Shown: positions 41,443-50,595 of the stretch, piece after piece
Layout: every line of letters begins with the position of its first letter
Numbering within the stretch: position 1 is the first letter of the stretch
Source of the DNA: Polyangiales bacterium
GTDB lineage: Bacteria > Myxococcota_A > Polyangia > Polyangiales > Ga0077539
Assembly: GCA_044229975.1 (NCBI GenBank)
Contig: JBGARZ010000008.1
Location: 32,001-96,000 of the forward strand
Direction: 5' to 3'
DNA: 64,000 nt
The notes under the pieces: generated by a model
The model's database searches: none
Told to the model about the DNA's origin: nothing
What the model saw: the letters and a program-made list of their open reading frames with translations, nothing else
Program-made: the position numbers and the translations under genes

Positions 41443-43722
41443 ATGCACGGAGTCATCACGCGAGAGCGCGTCGCCATCGGCTGTATCTCTCTCGCGGTGG
41501 TGCTCTTCGAGGTGCTCGTCACCCGGGTGCTCAGCGTCACGCTGTCGTATCACTTCGCGTTCCTCGCGGTGTCGCTCGCGATGCTCGGGCTCGGGGCGCC
41601 CGGCGTGTGGTTCTCGCTGTCGCCGCCGGGGCCGCTCGCGCTGCGGCGCGCCCTCTTCGCGAGCGCCGTCGCCCTGCCGCTGTCGATGCTGCTCATCGTC
41701 CACATCGGCGCCCCCTTGCGCGGCGTGACGACCTTCTGGGTGCTCTGCCTCCTCGGCCCGATGCTGTGCCTCGGGGCGGCCGTCTGCCTGCTCCTGCTGC
41801 GGGCGCGCGGTCGCGAGGTGGGCCCCATGTACGCCGCCGACCTCGCGGGCGCCGCGCTCGGTGCGGTGCTCGCCGTTCCGCTGCTGCACGGGCTTCCGAC
41901 GCCGTCGGTCATCGCCTCACTGGCGCTGCTCCCGCTCGTCGCGCTCGCGGCCCTCGACCCCGCGGCAAGACGCGCGGCCCTCGCGCTCGGCCTCGTCGTC
42001 GTGGCGGGCGTGGCGTGGGGCAGGCCGTTTCGTCTGCGGTACACGCGCTACTACCTGGAGACCCGTCCCTCGATGTACGAGCGGTGGACCCCGACGGCGC
42101 GCGTCACCGTCAACGACCGCAGCGCCGTCGGCCAGTTTCTCGGCTGGGGCATGGGGACGCGCTGGCAACGCCACGACGTCGAGCACCTCTGGATCGACCA
42201 GGACGGCAGCGCGGGAACCGAGATCCTGCGCTACCGCCGCGGCGACCCGTACCCCGACCCGCTGCTCTTCGACGTGACCGCCGCGGCCTACCAGATCGGC
42301 ACTCCGCGACGCGCGTGCATCGTGGGTGGCGGCGGCGGGCGCGACATCCTCACGGCGCTCGCGGCGGGGGTTCCGTCGGTCGACGTGGTCGAGCTCAACC
42401 CGTACATCGTCGACGCCGTCTCACGCGCCTTCGGATCGTACTCGGGCGACCCCTACCACCTGCCCGGTGTGACGGCGTACGTCGGCGAGGGGCGCAGCCA
42501 TCTGAGCCGCTCCACCACGCGCTGCGACGTGCTCCAGATCTCCCTCATCGACACCTTCGCGGCCTCCTCCGCGGGCGCCTACGCGCTCACCGAGAACAGC
42601 CTCTACACCGTCGAGGCGATGCGAACCTACTGGTCGCGTCTCGGCCCCGACGGCGTGCTCTCCATCAGCCGCTACTCGCGCGGCGCGGGCTGGGTCGAGT
42701 CGGTGCGCCTGCTCCTGCTGGAGCTCGAAGCGCTGCGCGCCGAAGGAGTCGACAACCCCCATCAGCACATCGTGGTCTTCGACACGGGTGGCGTGGCCAA
42801 CACGATGGTGTTCCGCCGACCCGTCGATGCGGCGCGCATCGCCGAGCTGTCCCGCGTGGCCGCGCTGCGGGGCTTCACGCCGACGTGGCCCGTCGTGTCG
42901 ACGGAGCGCACGGTCGCGCCGATGGTCGCCGCGATGCGCTTCGGCGAGCGGCCCTTCGTGCAGCGGGGCTTCGACGTGTCGCCGCCGACGGACGACCGGC
43001 CGTTCTTCTTCCAGACGCTCGACATCCTGCGCGGGTCGGACAGCACCGCGGCCCGCGGCTCGGCCGAACGCGAGCAGAGCGTGTCGCTCCTCCGCCGCCT
43101 GATGCTGGGCCTCGCGGGTCTCACGATGGCGCTCTTCGTGCTGCCGCTGGTGCTGCGGGGAAGACTGCCGTCGGCGCCGGGCGCGGGGCGGGCGACGGCG
43201 TTCTTCGCGGCGCTGGGCTTCGGGTTCATGTTCGTGGAGATTCCGCTGGTGCAGCGGCTGGCGCTGTACCTGGGGCACCCGAGCTACGCGACGACGGTGG
43301 CGCTGGGCGCGCTGCTGCTGGGCGCGGGCGTCGGGTCGGCGCTGGCGCCGCGGGTGCCGACCGCACGAGCGACGACGGCGCTGCTGGTGGTCCCGGTGGT
43401 GGTGGCGGTGACGACGCAGCTCCTCATCGGGCCGGTGGCGCGGGCGACGGAGCACTGGTCGCTGGGGGCGCGCATCGCGCTGACGGCGGCGGCGGTGTTC
43501 GCGGCGGGCGTGGCGATGGGGGTGCCGTTTCCGCTGGGGATGTCGCGCTTCGATGATCGCGACCGGAGCTGGTACTGGGCGGTCAACGGCGCGGCCGGGG
43601 TGCTGGCGAGCGTGCTGGCATTGGGGCTGTCGCTGATCGCGGGGCTGTCGAGCGTGATGATGATCGCGCTGGCTTGCTACGCGCTGGCGGCGCTGCTGTA
43701 TCCGAAGGTGGAGGAGGGCTGA
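41443..43722 (+). CDS. Membrane-fused spermidine-synthase-like SAM-binding protein
   Basis: N- and C-terminal TM bundles around IVGGGGGRD, VVELNP, GEGRS, ENSLYTVEA, PPTDDRPFFF. Confidence 0.85.
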   Translation: MHGVITRERVAIGCISLAVVLFEVLVTRVLSVTLSYHFAFLAVSLAMLGLGAPGVWFSLSPPGPLALRRALFASAVALPLSMLLIVHIGAPLRGVTTFWVLCLLGPMLCLGAAVCLLLLRARGREVGPMYAADLAGAALGAVLAVPLLHGLPTPSVIASLALLPLVALAALDPAARRAALALGLVVVAGVAWGRPFRLRYTRYYLETRPSMYERWTPTARVTVNDRSAVGQFLGWGMGTRWQRHDVEHLWIDQDGSAGTEILRYRRGDPYPDPLLFDVTAAAYQIGTPRRACIVGGGGGRDILTALAAGVPSVDVVELNPYIVDAVSRAFGSYSGDPYHLPGVTAYVGEGRSHLSRSTTRCDVLQISLIDTFAASSAGAYALTENSLYTVEAMRTYWSRLGPDGVLSISRYSRGAGWVESVRLLLLELEALRAEGVDNPHQHIVVFDTGGVANTMVFRRPVDAARIAELSRVAALRGFTPTWPVVSTERTVAPMVAAMRFGERPFVQRGFDVSPPTDDRPFFFQTLDILRGSDSTAARGSAEREQSVSLLRRLMLGLAGLTMALFVLPLVLRGRLPSAPGAGRATAFFAALGFGFMFVEIPLVQRLALYLGHPSYATTVALGALLLGAGVGSALAPRVPTARATTALLVVPVVVAVTTQLLIGPVARATEHWSLGARIALTAAAVFAAGVAMGVPFPLGMSRFDDRDRSWYWAVNGAAGVLASVLALGLSLIAGLSSVMMIALACYALAALLYPKVEEG

Positions 43723-43733
43723 CGAGGTTGCCC

Positions 43734-43876
43734 GGCCCGGCCGCCGCGGGTTGGAAACCCACGGCAGCCAAGGGAAAGCCCGCGCGGCGGGCTGGTCACT
43801 GTCCTCGCACATGGACAGGCCGCTCAGCGGCCTTTCCCTTGGCTGCCGTGGGTTTTCAACCCGCGGCGGCCGGGCC
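43734..43876. repeat. REPIN-like 143-bp hairpin (two inverted REP-like units)
   Basis: GGCCCGGCCGCCGCGGGTTGGAAACCCACGGCAGCCAAGGGAAAG.. pairs with ..CTTTCCCTTGGCTGCCGTGGGTTTTCAACCCGCGGCGGCCGGGCC; inner CTGTCC/GGACAG stem around loop TCGCACAT. Confidence 0.85.
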
Positions 43877-43936
43877 AGACGACATCAAGAGAGATGTGCC
43901 CCTGACGGGTGGACGGCCGCGCGCTACGGTCGTCGC

Positions 43937-44239
43937 ATGGGATGGGCGGACGGACATATCAGTCGGCTGTTGGGTGGTGAGACGGTGCAGTTTCGGCCGC
44001 GCGGCAACAGCATGGTGGGGAAGATTTCGAGCGGCGACCTGTGCAGGGTGACGCCGCTCGGAGAGACGGTGCTCACGACGGGCGACATCGTGCTGTGCCG
44101 GGTGAGCGGCAGCCAGTACCTGCATCTGGTGAAGGCGATTCAGGGGGAGCGGTTGCAGATCGGCAACAACCGCGGCGGCATCAACGGGTGGGTGACGCGG
44201 CGGCAGATCTTCGGGCGGCTCGTCGCCGTCGAGCCGTAG
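43937..44239 (+). CDS. Small S24/S26 peptidase-like protein
   Basis: PRGNSM (Ser motif), GDIVLC, YLHLVK, IGNN. Confidence 0.65.
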   Translation: MGWADGHISRLLGGETVQFRPRGNSMVGKISSGDLCRVTPLGETVLTTGDIVLCRVSGSQYLHLVKAIQGERLQIGNNRGGINGWVTRRQIFGRLVAVEP

Positions 44240-44246
44240 TCCCCGC

Positions 44247-45179
44247 TCAGGCACCACCGCAGCCACACTCTTCATACCGGCAGTCCATGATGATGTTGTC
44301 GCCGCGCGTCGGGAAGCGCGGCGCCGCGGACCCCTCCGGCGGTGGCGTCGACATCACCAGTCGTTGCCTCTCCAAGCTCCTCTGCTCGCGTCGGATCCAG
44401 GCGCCTGCCCACAGGTTCGTCACGACCGTCAGGCAAACGAGCCCCCGCATCCACGGCCCGACGGCAGTCGTCGTCGGAGCCCCCGACCGCACCGCGACGG
44501 AACGATACGGCAGCGTTCCGACCAACCGCTCGGACGACGCGCGAGCCCGACCGGTGCGCGCGATGAGCGCCAGCGTCAGCAGCGCTGATCCGGCGAGCAC
44601 GCCCCACGCGACCGACGTCGCCCGATCAAGCCGATGGATGAGCGCGAGCCGCGCCGACCGCTGCGGGTACGTCGGCACCCACGCGCGAAACCTCACGGAC
44701 AGTCGCGCCCCCGGCTCTCCCCGACACCGGAACTGCATCAGTCGGTCATCGCTGCTCTGTCGCACCTCGATGGGACCGTGCGTACAAGCGAACCGTCGAC
44801 GCCCCAGGAGCCACACCTCTCCTGCTTCGCCGCGCTCCGACGGCAAGCTCCCGCCCCCCACAAACGACAGGTTGCCGAAGTCCGCCGTCAACTTGGAACG
44901 AGACGGCGTCTCACCAGGGGCGAGCGGCGCGACGGGGCGCCACTCCGGGTTGATCGTATCCCACGCGTCCTCCATGCGCGCGGGGTCGGCGGCGACGGCG
45001 TGGTCGACCGGCTCCCACTCGTGCACGTCGGTGCCGCCCCTCGTGACGCGATCGACGGATGACCTCGCGCGCCCGACGAGACGCGACGTGCTCGCGAGGT
45101 AGGCCCCGAAGAGCGCGAGAAGGACAACCAGCGGAGCCCATCGGCGGAGCGAGCGCGGCGTGACCATGAACACCACCAC
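44247..45179 (-). CDS. Hypothetical membrane protein
   Basis: Open frame with 2-3 hydrophobic segments, downstream of the ECF/anti-sigma pair. Confidence 0.45.
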   Translation of the reverse strand: MVVFMVTPRSLRRWAPLVVLLALFGAYLASTSRLVGRARSSVDRVTRGGTDVHEWEPVDHAVAADPARMEDAWDTINPEWRPVAPLAPGETPSRSKLTADFGNLSFVGGGSLPSERGEAGEVWLLGRRRFACTHGPIEVRQSSDDRLMQFRCRGEPGARLSVRFRAWVPTYPQRSARLALIHRLDRATSVAWGVLAGSALLTLALIARTGRARASSERLVGTLPYRSVAVRSGAPTTTAVGPWMRGLVCLTVVTNLWAGAWIRREQRSLERQRLVMSTPPPEGSAAPRFPTRGDNIIMDCRYEECGCGGA

Positions 45180-45203
45180 GCGCGAGTCGCGAGAATCTTT
45201 GCG

Positions 45204-45566
45204 CTACTCGCACTCGGTGGTGATGACGATCTGTGTGCCCGGGATCTCACCCGCCACGCGCACCTGCACCGCGGGCATCGCCCGTCGCGTCACGGCTTGC
45301 GTCGCTGCTGCGCTCCGTCGATCGAGCCGCCACGCCCACAGCGCGAACACCGCCGCCATCGCCGCCACCGCCGCGAGCACCCAGGGGCGCGCTCGTCGTC
45401 GCGGTCGACGCTCCTCGCGGTACATCGCGGTCAGCAACGTCGCCATGGCCCGCGTGCGCGCGACCTCCTCGCGGGCCTCCGGGTCGCGGCTGAGCGCATC
45501 GACCACCTCGGGTGACGTCGGCTCTCCCAGCGCGAGGGCGGTCCAGCGGTCGTCGTCAGAGTCCAT
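45204..45566 (-). CDS. Putative anti-sigma factor (single TM)
   Basis: Overlaps the ECF sigma stop; helical N-terminus (WTALALGE..EEVARTR) then one TM helix. Confidence 0.55.
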   Translation of the reverse strand: MDSDDDRWTALALGEPTSPEVVDALSRDPEAREEVARTRAMATLLTAMYREERRPRRRARPWVLAAVAAMAAVFALWAWRLDRRSAAATQAVTRRAMPAVQVRVAGEIPGTQIVITTECE

Positions 45567-46053
45567 CGTCGTCCTCCATCTGCTCGCGCAGCGCGCGGAG
45601 CGTGGTGTGCAGCAACCACCCCACGTACGAGACGCTCCACCCGGAGCGCTCGTGGATCTCCTGGTAGCTCAGCCCCTCGTCGAAGCGCATCCGCAGCACA
45701 TCCCGCTGTCGCTCGGGGAGCGCCGCCACCGCCGCCCGCAGCCGCCCGATGCTCTCGGCGAGCAGCAGCGCCTCGTCGGGCGTCGTCGCGGAGTCGGGGG
45801 TCGGCAGGTCGCGGGCGCGCACGCGGTCACGGCGGTGCAGGTCGACGGCGCGGTGGCGGCATACGGTGAAGAGCCACTCGGCCTCGCGGCCTTCGACATC
45901 GCGACGGTCGGCCTCGCAGAGACGGGCGAAGGCGTCCTGCACCATGTCGGCACCGCGGTCGCGGCCAGCGAGACGCGCCGCGAAGCGCACCAGCCGGGGT
46001 GCGGTCTGGGCGATCACGTCGCGCAGCCAGTGCGGCCGCTCGTCAGGGGTCAT
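45556..46053 (-). CDS. ECF (sigma-70 group 4) RNA polymerase sigma factor
   Basis: Region 2 DMVQDAF..WLFTVCRHRAVD; region 4 LPERQRDVL..EGLSYQEI. Confidence 0.88.
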   Translation of the reverse strand: MTPDERPHWLRDVIAQTAPRLVRFAARLAGRDRGADMVQDAFARLCEADRRDVEGREAEWLFTVCRHRAVDLHRRDRVRARDLPTPDSATTPDEALLLAESIGRLRAAVAALPERQRDVLRMRFDEGLSYQEIHERSGWSVSYVGWLLHTTLRALREQMEDDDGL

Positions 46054-46160
46054 GGCGCATCGAAGGGCACACTCGACCGCTACCACGCATGAGCGCGGCG
46101 GATCTTTGTGACAATCGACGAAGGGTGGGGGGTGAGGGCGAAGGGAACGGGCAGATGCGA

Positions 46161-46961
46161 TCAGGCGACGGGCGCGGGTTCGGGCGCGGGCTCTCCGGCG
46201 GGCTCGTCGGAGCCGCGCTTGCTGGACCACAGCGGCGGAACCTTCGCGTCGACGTCGCGGAGGCCGAAGCAGACGACACCGGCGACGCGGAGCTGGTCGT
46301 AGCGCTCTTCGAGGAGGCGCAGGAGGCGGTCGCGGTCGAGGCGTTCGGCCTTGCCCAGCGGCGCCGTCGTGACGAAGCCGTTGGTGGGGGTGATGTGCTG
46401 GACGAGCCAGGTTCCCTTGGTGGCCAGGGTGGCGAGCTGCTCGTCGGTGAAGGGGTGACGGTTGGCGAGGGCCGTGGCGCACTCGCGGAAGAGGGCGACG
46501 ATGGCGACGCAGTCGCGGGCCTCGTCGAGCTTGCCGCTGCCTTCACGAATGGCGCACACGCGACCGGCGGGCACGAGGTTGAGCGCGGCGGCGATCTCCA
46601 GATAGGAGAGCGTGAGAGAGCGTAGCGGGCGGACAATGGCGAGGGCCGCGTCGATCTCGCGGGTGGACGGAGGGGCGACAGGCACGCGGTCGGCCGCATG
46701 GACCACAGCGAGCGCGAGCGTGGGGAGCTCGGCGAGGGCGACGACGTCGACGGCGGGGAGCAGGCGGGCGACGGCGGGGAGGCGCGCGGACATGACGGAC
46801 ATCGCGCGGTCGACGTTGTGCCGGAGGATGGCGACGTCGCGGCGGGGCGCGTAGGCGGCCGGGAGGGCGACGGCCTCCGCCACGACGCGGAAGTGGGTGA
46901 AGGCGCGCGCGGCGTCGGTGGTGACGAAGGCGCTGGAGAGGATGGCGGCGAGGTTCTTCAT
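46161..46961 (-). CDS. Hypothetical alpha-helical protein
   Basis: GGAG RBS before MKNLAA; coherent 266-aa helical protein; no recognisable catalytic motif. Confidence 0.7.
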   Translation of the reverse strand: MKNLAAILSSAFVTTDAARAFTHFRVVAEAVALPAAYAPRRDVAILRHNVDRAMSVMSARLPAVARLLPAVDVVALAELPTLALAVVHAADRVPVAPPSTREIDAALAIVRPLRSLTLSYLEIAAALNLVPAGRVCAIREGSGKLDEARDCVAIVALFRECATALANRHPFTDEQLATLATKGTWLVQHITPTNGFVTTAPLGKAERLDRDRLLRLLEERYDQLRVAGVVCFGLRDVDAKVPPLWSSKRGSDEPAGEPAPEPAPVA

Positions 46962-47184
46962 GGTGGACTCCGATGGCGCTCGGGGGGTTGGAGAGGGGAC
47001 CCGATGCGCGGGGTGTCTTCGGAGCGGTGGGTCGGCGGGGTTTCGTGATCGGAGGAGAAAAGTGATGACGCGGAGGTTTAGGGCGCGAGAGCCATGGAAC
47101 GATGACGCACCGCCCCAGGAGGCAACGGGCGACGGGTCGAGAGGTGATTGGCAGGGTGGGGAGGCTACCGGGCGACCTGGCGGA

Positions 47185-47252
47185 GGGTGATGGGCAGGGT
47201 GCAGAGGCAACGGGGCGATGGGGCGATGGGTGATGGGCAGGGTGCAGAGGCA
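47185..47252 (+). repeat. Perfect 25-bp direct repeat pair
   Basis: GGGTGATGGGCAGGGTGCAGAGGCA at 47185-47209 and 47228-47252. Confidence 0.85.
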
Positions 47253-47354
47253 GCGGGCGACAGCGCGAAGGGGTGATCGGGAGGGTGGGGAGGGTGGGAA
47301 GGATGGATCGGTGGGTTCGTGCGGGTGTGTCGCGCGACGTGATAGATCGCGTTC

Positions 47355-47831
47355 ATGCCCTGGCAGCACGCTCTCTCTCCCAAGCGGACAGCGCTGGTCT
47401 CCGCGGCCCTCCGGCATGTGGATGACGCGACGGCGCTCCTCGCGTCCTCGCCGGTGCAGGCGTTTCACCTCGCGGGATTCGGGCCCGAGTGCGCTCGAAA
47501 GGCTGCGCTGACCGTCCCCGAGGCATCACAGATCGCCCTGGACAAGGCGATCGGCCATGGGTTTCACGATGTCACCGAGCTAGCGCTGGCCATCGCCATT
47601 AACCTCGACCCGCTGGCCTCCCGCTACGAGTTGACGGACTGGCAGACGCGCTTTCCGGCCATGGTGAAGTGGAACGAACAGGCCCGTTACGAAGCGAGTG
47701 ACGGACGATCCCGTCGTGAGGCTGAGGTGGTGCTCCGGGAAGCCGCGGACGCCGTTTCCGACGTTGTCGCCGCACTCTGGGCTGATGGTCGCCTCCCCCC
47801 CTTGAACCATCTCACTCAGGTGCGCCCATGA
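47355..47831 (+). CDS. HEPN-like domain protein
   Basis: AALRHVDDA..AFHLAGFGPECARKA (ExxxK), a central His (GH) and W..ARY, the layout of stand-alone HEPN proteins. Confidence 0.65.
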   Translation: MPWQHALSPKRTALVSAALRHVDDATALLASSPVQAFHLAGFGPECARKAALTVPEASQIALDKAIGHGFHDVTELALAIAINLDPLASRYELTDWQTRFPAMVKWNEQARYEASDGRSRREAEVVLREAADAVSDVVAALWADGRLPPLNHLTQVRP

Positions 47832-49141
47832 CCTTCGATGAGGTTCTTCCGACGCTCCTTCGCGCCGGCGAGGAATGGCCGCACGCGGCGAACCTGAAGC
47901 GGGTCGCGGTCGTGAGAGACCTGCGTGGTCGGGTGCGCGTCGTGGTCGAGCAATTCAAGCGCGACAACGCACAGATCAAGGATCTTACCGCACATCTCAG
48001 GCAAGAGCTGGGTGACTGGTTCGCGGACGACGTGCTCAGTACTTCCGGGGGAACACCCGCGGAGAACAGCGTGGCATCGAAGGTCTTGGACAACGCGAGG
48101 GAACCGGTCACCGTGGGGTATCCGGACGGCGCTGGCGGCATTTCGCCGCTCACGGCGAACAGATGGTGGCTGCTTGAGCGTCGTGTTGGCAAGCAACCCT
48201 GGCTTGAGGGATCTACAACCCCGCCTTGGAGGCTGACGGCAGCCGGACCCTCGACAGTGACTTTCTACTCGTTCAAGGGAGGCGTTGGGCGCACGACGAC
48301 ACTCGCCGCGTGCACGCTGCTTGCCGCGGAGGCTAGCGAGGACGTCGTCGTGATCGATCTCGATCTGGAAGCACCGGGCCTCGCATCTCTATTCGGCATC
48401 ACCTCGAGTCGCGGGGTGTTGGACTTCCTGGTCGATCATGTTGCCACCAGGAGCACAGACATCGGGCAGATCGTTTTCGCACCCACCAACCTCCCTTCGC
48501 GACTCTCAGATCGAATCAAGGTGATTCCAGCCGGCGCGTTGGGGCATGGATATCTGGAGAAGCTCGCTCGCCTCGACTTCGCGAGCAGCACCATCGATCA
48601 GAAAGCTCAGTCGCCCATGCGGGCGGCACTACACGCTCTGCTCCATCAGGTCAGAACGCAGCTCAACCCACGCTGGATCTTCGTCGATGCGCGAGCGGGC
48701 TTGCATGACCTTGCGGGTCTATCGCTGCACGGGCTCGCGCACCTCGATGTGTTGTTCTCGCGAGCCAATCGCCAGGGATATGATGGCCTGGGCATCGTCC
48801 TTCGAGCGTTGTCGCGACAGACGCACAGCAGTGCTGCGCGCGTAGTCTTGGTCCACGCGATGGCCGCAGTGAGCGATGAGGTAGCGGAAACGCAAAACTC
48901 CAGACTCCGCCATGTGGCGTACGAACTCTTCAAGGATCTGGTTTACTCGGCGCGAGGCGTGACGTTTCAGGAAATGGCCCTGGACGGCGACCACTTCCCT
49001 TGGATGATTCGGAGGAACGAGCGCATCGAGCTCAACGACAACCTGAATGATGTGACTGAAGCGCTCGGCAGCCTCGACTATCGGGAGGTCTGGAAGCGGA
49101 TCCGCCTACTGACGACACCGGTAGGGACTGGTGCGCCGTGA
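47828..49141 (+). CDS. ParA/MinD-like ATPase with variant Walker A (KGGVGR) and extra N-terminal domain
   Basis: TFYSFKGGVGRTT, IDLDLEAPG, FVDARAG; about 140 aa N-terminal extension starting VRDLRGRVRV. Confidence 0.85.
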   Translation: MTFDEVLPTLLRAGEEWPHAANLKRVAVVRDLRGRVRVVVEQFKRDNAQIKDLTAHLRQELGDWFADDVLSTSGGTPAENSVASKVLDNAREPVTVGYPDGAGGISPLTANRWWLLERRVGKQPWLEGSTTPPWRLTAAGPSTVTFYSFKGGVGRTTTLAACTLLAAEASEDVVVIDLDLEAPGLASLFGITSSRGVLDFLVDHVATRSTDIGQIVFAPTNLPSRLSDRIKVIPAGALGHGYLEKLARLDFASSTIDQKAQSPMRAALHALLHQVRTQLNPRWIFVDARAGLHDLAGLSLHGLAHLDVLFSRANRQGYDGLGIVLRALSRQTHSSAARVVLVHAMAAVSDEVAETQNSRLRHVAYELFKDLVYSARGVTFQEMALDGDHFPWMIRRNERIELNDNLNDVTEALGSLDYREVWKRIRLLTTPVGTGAP

Positions 49142-50595
49142 ACTCCGCTGAAGTACGATCGTCCCGATTGGAGGCACTTGAGAACCTGGGGGACGCAGCG
49201 AGTGCACGAACGTTCCTTCCGCCAAGGACTGCGAAGCGAATTCTCGATCCGTCCGTGGTCGTGCTGTTGGGTGCCAGGGGCAGCGGGAAGACCGCGTTGG
49301 CGAGGCTCCTGGTTGAAGCGATGCCGGGGGCCCCTGACAACAAGTATGAGTTCGTGCGCGCCATTGGGGCACCGCCCAACTTCTGGTTTGACGCGTTCTC
49401 TCAGGCGTCGGCCCATCATCCCGACGCGAGCGTGCTTGATGATTTTGTGCGACGTGCAAGCGATGAAGATCTACGCAACTTCTGGCTAGTCCGTCTTCTG
49501 CTGCGACTGAGCGACAGCGCAGGTCAGATCCCCGGATTTTCCGAGTCGATCAACGAACCGGAAAAGATGGCGAGGGCGATCGAGTATGACCGCTGGGCAG
49601 ACGGGGAGATCAGGAAGAACCTGAATATCGTGATCAACCTGCCCTCTTCGGAGCGGGCGCGACTGATCGCAATGCTTGATCAAGGGGAAAAGGCGATGAC
49701 GTCCGGGTTTGTGACCGCCGTCTATGACGACCTCGACGCCATCGGCAGCTTCGACCCGACGCTCCGCGCTCGCTTCATCCGTGCGCTGCTCGCGATGTGG
49801 TCGAGTCTCTCCACCCGCTACCGGCACATTCGCGCAAAGATCTTCCTCCCCGCAGACCTCTTCGACACGCGGCAGCTCGACACCGTCGACGGCAGCAAGC
49901 TCCTCGCCCGCGCCGAGCGCATGGAGTGGGACGGCCTCTCCCTCTATCGACTCGTGCTCCGTCACCTTGCCCAACAGGGTGAGGACACGCGCGCCTGGCT
50001 CAGTGAGTTCGGCCTACGCTTCGATGACCTCGGCACCGACCTCGGTTGGATGCCCATCGACGTCACCGAAGAGGCCATCGCTCGTTGGCTCGGCACCACG
50101 TTCCACCCGATCATGGACGTCAACGGCACCCGCGACTACGTCCAACACTGGATCCTCCATCGCCTCCGTGACGGTCGCGATCGCGTGTCGCCTCGCACTC
50201 TGCTTGGCTTCTTTTCCGGCGCCGCAAAGGCCGCGCTCCACCGCCTCCCGACCGCCCATCACGGGCAACTGCTCGATACAGTCGACGCTGTCGACGCCAT
50301 CCAGCAGGCCGGATCCGACCGCGTCGCGGAGATTCGCGGCATCTACGAGTGGGTTGATCGACTTGGTGCGCTGCGCGGGCGCGTTGTCCCGCTTCCCCGC
50401 GCCGAGGTGGAGCGACTGATGGCGACCGACCCTGACAACGCTCCGCGCCCAACGGGTACACGCGACGGGCGCACGGTCACCGAAGAGCTGCTCCGGCTCG
50501 GCATGCTGCGTGACCTCCGCGTTGACGACCTGCTCGATGTCCCCGACGTGTTCATCAAGTACTTCGGAGCACTCCGAACCGCTGCCCCCCCATGA
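49138..50595 (+). CDS. P-loop ATPase (Sll1717-like / STAND-related)
   Basis: Walker A GARGSGKT, Walker B AVYDDLD, KIFL..DLF, SPR; helical C-terminal region. Confidence 0.75.
   Translation: MNSAEVRSSRLEALENLGDAASARTFLPPRTAKRILDPSVVVLLGARGSGKTALARLLVEAMPGAPDNKYEFVRAIGAPPNFWFDAFSQASAHHPDASVLDDFVRRASDEDLRNFWLVRLLLRLSDSAGQIPGFSESINEPEKMARAIEYDRWADGEIRKNLNIVINLPSSERARLIAMLDQGEKAMTSGFVTAVYDDLDAIGSFDPTLRARFIRALLAMWSSLSTRYRHIRAKIFLPADLFDTRQLDTVDGSKLLARAERMEWDGLSLYRLVLRHLAQQGEDTRAWLSEFGLRFDDLGTDLGWMPIDVTEEAIARWLGTTFHPIMDVNGTRDYVQHWILHRLRDGRDRVSPRTLLGFFSGAAKAALHRLPTAHHGQLLDTVDAVDAIQQAGSDRVAEIRGIYEWVDRLGALRGRVVPLPRAEVERLMATDPDNAPRPTGTRDGRTVTEELLRLGMLRDLRVDDLLDVPDVFIKYFGALRTAAPP

Noticed and set aside
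47185..47252. 25-bp direct repeats as a mini-CRISPR
   Set aside because: Only two copies, 18-nt spacer, non-palindromic, no cas genes.
47828..49141. Chromosome/plasmid partitioning ParA or MinD
   Set aside because: No parB, parS-like site or minC/minE nearby; variant Walker A and operon context argue otherwise.
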